From a virus, in the IMG/VR virus record IMGVR_UViG_3300045988_140557, positions 1 to 29,280 of that record: a DNA stretch of 29,280 nucleotides; one strand, given 5' to 3'. Positions 24,847 to 29,280 of the stretch are shown piece by piece; the first letter of the stretch is position 1; every line of letters starts with the position of its first letter. Position numbers and translations under genes: made by a program. The notes beneath the pieces were generated by a model. That model was given only the letters and a program-made list of their open reading frames with translations. It ran no database searches and was not told where the DNA came from.

Positions 24847-27800
24847 TTAGTTTATAGTTACATTTTTAACAGTATCTTCTGTTAGTGTTAAATTCTCTGT
24901 ATATTTAACTGTTCCTGTTGGTCCATCAGTCACTTCAAATTTAAACTGAACACCTTTTTGAGCATATATTCTATAATTTCCATTATCCCGCATATAAGCC
25001 ACATTCAAGAAGTTATCGTTTTCTGTAAGTATCTGAATTACTCCAGTTGGTATAGCGCCACTTGGAGTTTCTAATTTGCCTGTAATAAGAACAGCTTTAT
25101 TTGGGTCTGGAGTTTGAGTAAACATACATCTAGGACCATCTACGCCTCCTTGTTTATAAAGACTAAAGTAGAAACTTCTTTGGTCATATTTAGTATTCTC
25201 ATTATAAGTAACTGTTAATTCTGTTTCTCCAGGTTGCCCAGATTCAGGTGTAATGCTTACAATTTCATTTGGACTATATCATCCTAATTCCCAAGGAATA
25301 TTAGAAGTAACTGTAATCTTTTTAGTTCCAGCTTGATAATCTACTATTGGATCTGAATCGTCAAATGATATATACTCACCTGAATTTTGAATTCCAGCTA
25401 AATAACTATTAATATCTTGAACTTTAATAAATTCACATCTAACAGTAGAATCTGAATTAATATCATAAGCATCTATCTTATTAAGTACCCAGTATGAATC
25501 TTCAAAATAATAGAATTGTCTAAGTAAATCATATTTAACATCTAAATCATCTAATCTTACAAAGCAGGTGACTTTTTTAGTATTTACATCAAATTGATCA
25601 TTATAAAATTTACTCCAGAATCTACTATATAAAGTAGATTGTTCCAAATAACTAACTTTATCAATATATATTTCTCTTGGAACTCCAAAATCTCAAGATG
25701 AAGATATGAAGTTACTTGAAATAGTATATCTTATAAATTGTGGTAATGTAGTTCTTTTAATTGCAATTTTTGATCCTGCAGAATTATTTTCACTAGTAGT
25801 ATAAATGTAACAAGGTTCACCATCATTAAGAACCGACATTTCAGTAACATCATCTGTAATTCAATAATTAATTGGATTGCCAGCTATATCATTCATACTA
25901 ACTGTATCATTATAAAACAATAAAGCACTCTTTATTTCCTCAAGACTCTGTTCATTATTGTCTAATGTGTAAAAACAAGTTTTTGCAAATATATCATTTC
26001 CAGGAACATCTCACCATTCTGTAGTCTTTCCTTGATCTATAAAATTAGCTCCATATAAATCCTGATCACTAGTTTTTACTTCTGTAGAAGTTCTATTAAA
26101 TAAACTATATGTAATATTATCATTCATAAATGCAGGCACATAAGTATTTCCAGAATTAAAGAAATTTCTAAAATACTTGTCTGCATCTCTAGCAGATACC
26201 ACATTTTGAAATATATTTCCAGAATATAAATCAGTATTATCACTATTAAAATTGTATCCAGTATTTAATCTTTGCTGACCATAGTCTATATCATACTGTC
26301 TATCATACTTCTTAGCATAATACGTTTCTGGAGTTTCTAATGACATAGTATATCACTTTTTATCAAATAATATTGGATTTACATTAAAGTCTTTAGAATA
26401 ATCAATTCTTTTACTCCAATCTGAAATTATATCCTTAAAAAAGTTATTTCTAGTATATATTCTAATTGTTTTACTATCAATATCTTTTGTAAAATACAAT
26501 CCAAATAGTTTTGCATAACTTAATAAGTAATCAGCAGGAGATTGTTCTGTCTTTAATAATTTCTGCTTAGTAATTAAAGCATCAGAAGTAACTGCTGAAG
26601 GCCAAGAAGCTTTTAGCGTATATTGATCTTCATCATATAAAAATTCTGACCATCCAGCAACTCTATTAGCAGTAACATCATTTGGATGCATATTATTTAA
26701 CTGCCATACAGCATCTTGGTTATATAAATTTTCAGTTCTTCTTACAATTTGTATATTTACTAAAATCTTATTAACTTTAGGCATATCTTTTACAGTAAAT
26801 CTGAAAGTATTAGTATTATTATCACTTTTGAAATAATACCTATTTCCACTATCTTTTACAAAATGCCCAAGAATAGTTTCAACAGGTGCATCAGTTAAAG
26901 GATAATAATTAAACCAATAATTAGGTCCTGCTGGATTTTGACCTTGAATAGAATTAGTGAAATTATATAATGGAGAATATGCTATAGGTCTAGAAGGAGA
27001 AGATGTATCATCAGCATCATATATTAATATTTGTGCTGTTACAGAAGTTCTATAAGGATGATTCGTATATTCTGCATTTCCAGATTTTCCATTTAATACA
27101 TAGGATAGGTATAAATCATTACCTGCAGAAACATTTGCATTATAGAATAACTGAAAATCAACATTAATATTAACAAGAGTATTAGCTGGAGTGGCAGATA
27201 AATCAATTACTTGACCTTCACCAGGAACTATTACATCACTTCCTGTAATACTAAATCTGCCCCAGTTTACTGAAGTAGTTGTTCCTCCAGGTTTTAATCC
27301 ACACCAAAATAAATCATTATATTTAGTAAGTTTGGCATTCTCTGTAATATTATCTGATTCTTCATCTTCAGTAGATCCCAATAAAGGCAATGCAACGAAT
27401 GCTTTATTTCAATATGGATTTGAGTAATTAAAGAAATCTGGGTCCATTATAACATCATATCCAGAATTCTCTTTTCTACAGATAGTTTCAATTAACTTAC
27501 TCAATTTTAAAGCTGGCCTTTGCATATAACTTCTAAGGTCTCTCATCTCCCATTCTGTATATGCTCTATTTAATTTAGCTAATCCATATCCATTATAAGG
27601 TGTATATGTAACTCCTGAATCTGTCTTACTAACTGGAAACAAAGTATCACCAATAGTATTTATTAAACAGGTTTCATTATCAAAATTTTCATATAAACCA
27701 TTATATGCTGGAATAAATGTTAAATAGTCATAGATTTGACTGCCTTCATTTACTTTAGTCCAATCAAAACAAGTATTTACAAAATCTTTGTTAATATAGA

Positions 27801-28290
27801 AATTCATTTCAGTATCAGCAGGAAGAGCATTTCCAGCTTCATCAGTTACAAAGTATTGTAAATCAGCAAGAGTCCTAATAGTACCATCTTCTTTATATTT
27901 AAGCCCATAAAAGAAATCTCCTAATCCTCCATATAAAGTAATATTATAAGTAATAACAGCTTGTTTTATAGATATACTATTTAATTGCATATATCCAGAT
28001 TCAACTAAATATCCATTATTATAAATTCCAAAATCAACTCGTTTGGAAGGATCAAAATATACTCCAGAGAAATTACCTTCTTTTATATGGAGAAATCTAT
28101 CTAACTTATAAATCTCTCCAAAAATCTTATTATTATTCTTTGTGCCAGGTATAGAAATCGTCTTACTAAACGAGTTCTTGACTATAGTGGGGTTTTGGAA
28201 ATCCTCAACAGTATATGTCATAGGAAGACTAATTCCCTCACTACAGTCAACCTCTTTATTTGCAATAAATAGTTTAATATTCTTTCTCAT
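24847..28290 (-). CDS. Giant tail/baseplate (host-interaction) protein, 1147 aa, with an Ig/BACON-like segment near the C-terminus. Five track fragments are joined through six TGAs.
   Basis: The TGAs are at 27409, 26353, 26011, 25861, 25693 and 25279; all are in one frame and I verified the gaps. The junctions read sensibly (NPY-W-NKAF, DKK-W-YTMS, TEW-W-DVPG, INY-W-ITDD, SSS-W-DFGV). The segment ...VTSNIPWELG-W-YSPNEIVSITPESGQPGETELTVTYNEN...R resembles a BACON/Ig-like module. Confidence 0.65.
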
Positions 28291-28292
28291 AA

Positions 28293-29280
28293 TTATTTAC
28301 GATAAGTATCTTGAGAAGCTTCTACATTAATTGTATAATAGAACTTGTTTTTACCTTGATTAGTATAAGTTTTATATTCACAATTTGTATCTGTAATTAA
28401 TACTGGAGTGATAGTATTATCTTTAAGATTATGCAAATATACTTTAGTACTCTCAATTAAATTAAACATCTTAAAAGCTTGAATATCATTTAAATAACCA
28501 GTATAAAGAATCCAGCTTGAAGTTATAGTATTTAAATACTTATTCCTTGCAAATTCTTGAGATGTATTTAATACTTTGCGAGTATATGTTTCAGATTTAA
28601 TTTCATCAGTCTTTCTAACATTACCCTCAACAAGTAATGAATCCCATCCTCCTGCTGAATTAGTATAATATAACACATAATCTTTACCTGTGGTATCTAT
28701 ATCATATCTAATCTGTCTATCACTAATATTTCCGTCTTCTACAAATCCTACTATTAAATAGCTCCCACAAGGCCATAGTTTATTGCTTAAATCTTCTGTA
28801 TATGTATATCCATTAATTCCAGAATTTAAACTAATATCTATAGCAGTTGATGTTCCATCTACATAAAAAAATCTATTAACAACTCCCGTTCCAGTTGGTA
28901 AAATTCAACTTGCTACTAAATATTGTCTTGGATCAACTAAACCAGTAATAGGATCACTTAACATAGTACCTTTAGTCAAATCTCTATCTTTATAACTCCA
29001 GTCATTGAAGAAAGTAATTGGTTTTTCATTTCCACTAGATGTTATCAAAGTAAATGGTTTCAAATATTCTGGAGATATTATAGTTTTTGAAGTATTAAAT
29101 ATAATCCCATTAGATAGATAATTTTCAGCAACATTATTTAATAAAAACTCTACTCTATCAGTTTCAGGATATTTATAAGCTTTTCCAGCATAGACCATAT
29201 CCCCTGCATAATCTAAATGATATTCAATAAAATCTGAACTAATAATCTCATTCCAAACATAATCTTTTCAAATTGGAGAT
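28293..29280 (-). CDS. C-terminal part of the 725-aa tail/baseplate-type protein that starts at 1245 (positions 29226-29280 duplicate 1-55).
   Basis: Fragments 28905..29198 and 28293..28676 share one frame. They are joined through TGA 28905 and an open 28677-28904 stretch. TAA stop at 28293. Confidence 0.7.
29226..29280. repeat. Second copy of the 55-nt terminal overlap (duplicates positions 1..55).
   Basis: Exact identity to 1..55. Confidence 0.9.

Noticed and set aside
1-29280. CRISPR arrays, integrase/attP or other lysogeny genes, and rRNA genes.
   Set aside because: I saw no regularly spaced direct repeats with unique spacers. I saw no tyrosine- or serine-recombinase-like ORF in any frame under table 4. 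There is no rRNA-like conserved stretch.

Overview
This window is a complete, circularly closed, AT-rich tailed-phage genome: the first 55 nt equal the last 55 nt, giving a unique length of 29,225 bp. The supplied standard-code ORF track is heavily fragmented because TGA is used as a sense codon throughout. The best reading is TGA=Trp (translation table 4). By hand I count about 43 in-frame TGAs. Every same-frame ORF break I inspected is a TGA. No gene needs TGA as its terminator; gene ends are TAA, with four TAG. After re-joining fragments there are two transcription blocks. A short plus-strand early block (6348-9258) holds a T5orf172-HTH protein, an SF2 helicase and three tiny ORFs. A ~26-kb minus-strand block runs 6194 -> 1 -> (wrap) -> 9285. 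In order it holds a small membrane protein, a PD-(D/E)xK-like nuclease, a split sigma-like pair, TerS and TerL. Next come two giant tail/baseplate proteins (725 aa spanning the window ends, and 1147 aa) and a 777-aa tape measure. Then follow protease, scaffold, major capsid and tube. After these sits a receptor-binding cassette with three paralogous DUF285/BspA-like LRR proteins and a 695-aa fibre. The block ends with portal, connector, a lysis cassette (membrane protein, holin-like protein, M15 endolysin) and an HNH endonuclease. Non-coding highlights are: a 50-nt element with an invariant 18-nt core, present 4.5 times in one orientation at module boundaries next to hairpins; four TTTG-N19-20-TAnnTTTG promoters confined to the early region; no Shine-Dalgarno sequences; and no recognisable tRNA. 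All calls come from reading the sequence by eye. No database search or folding program was available, so family names are pattern recognition, not hits.
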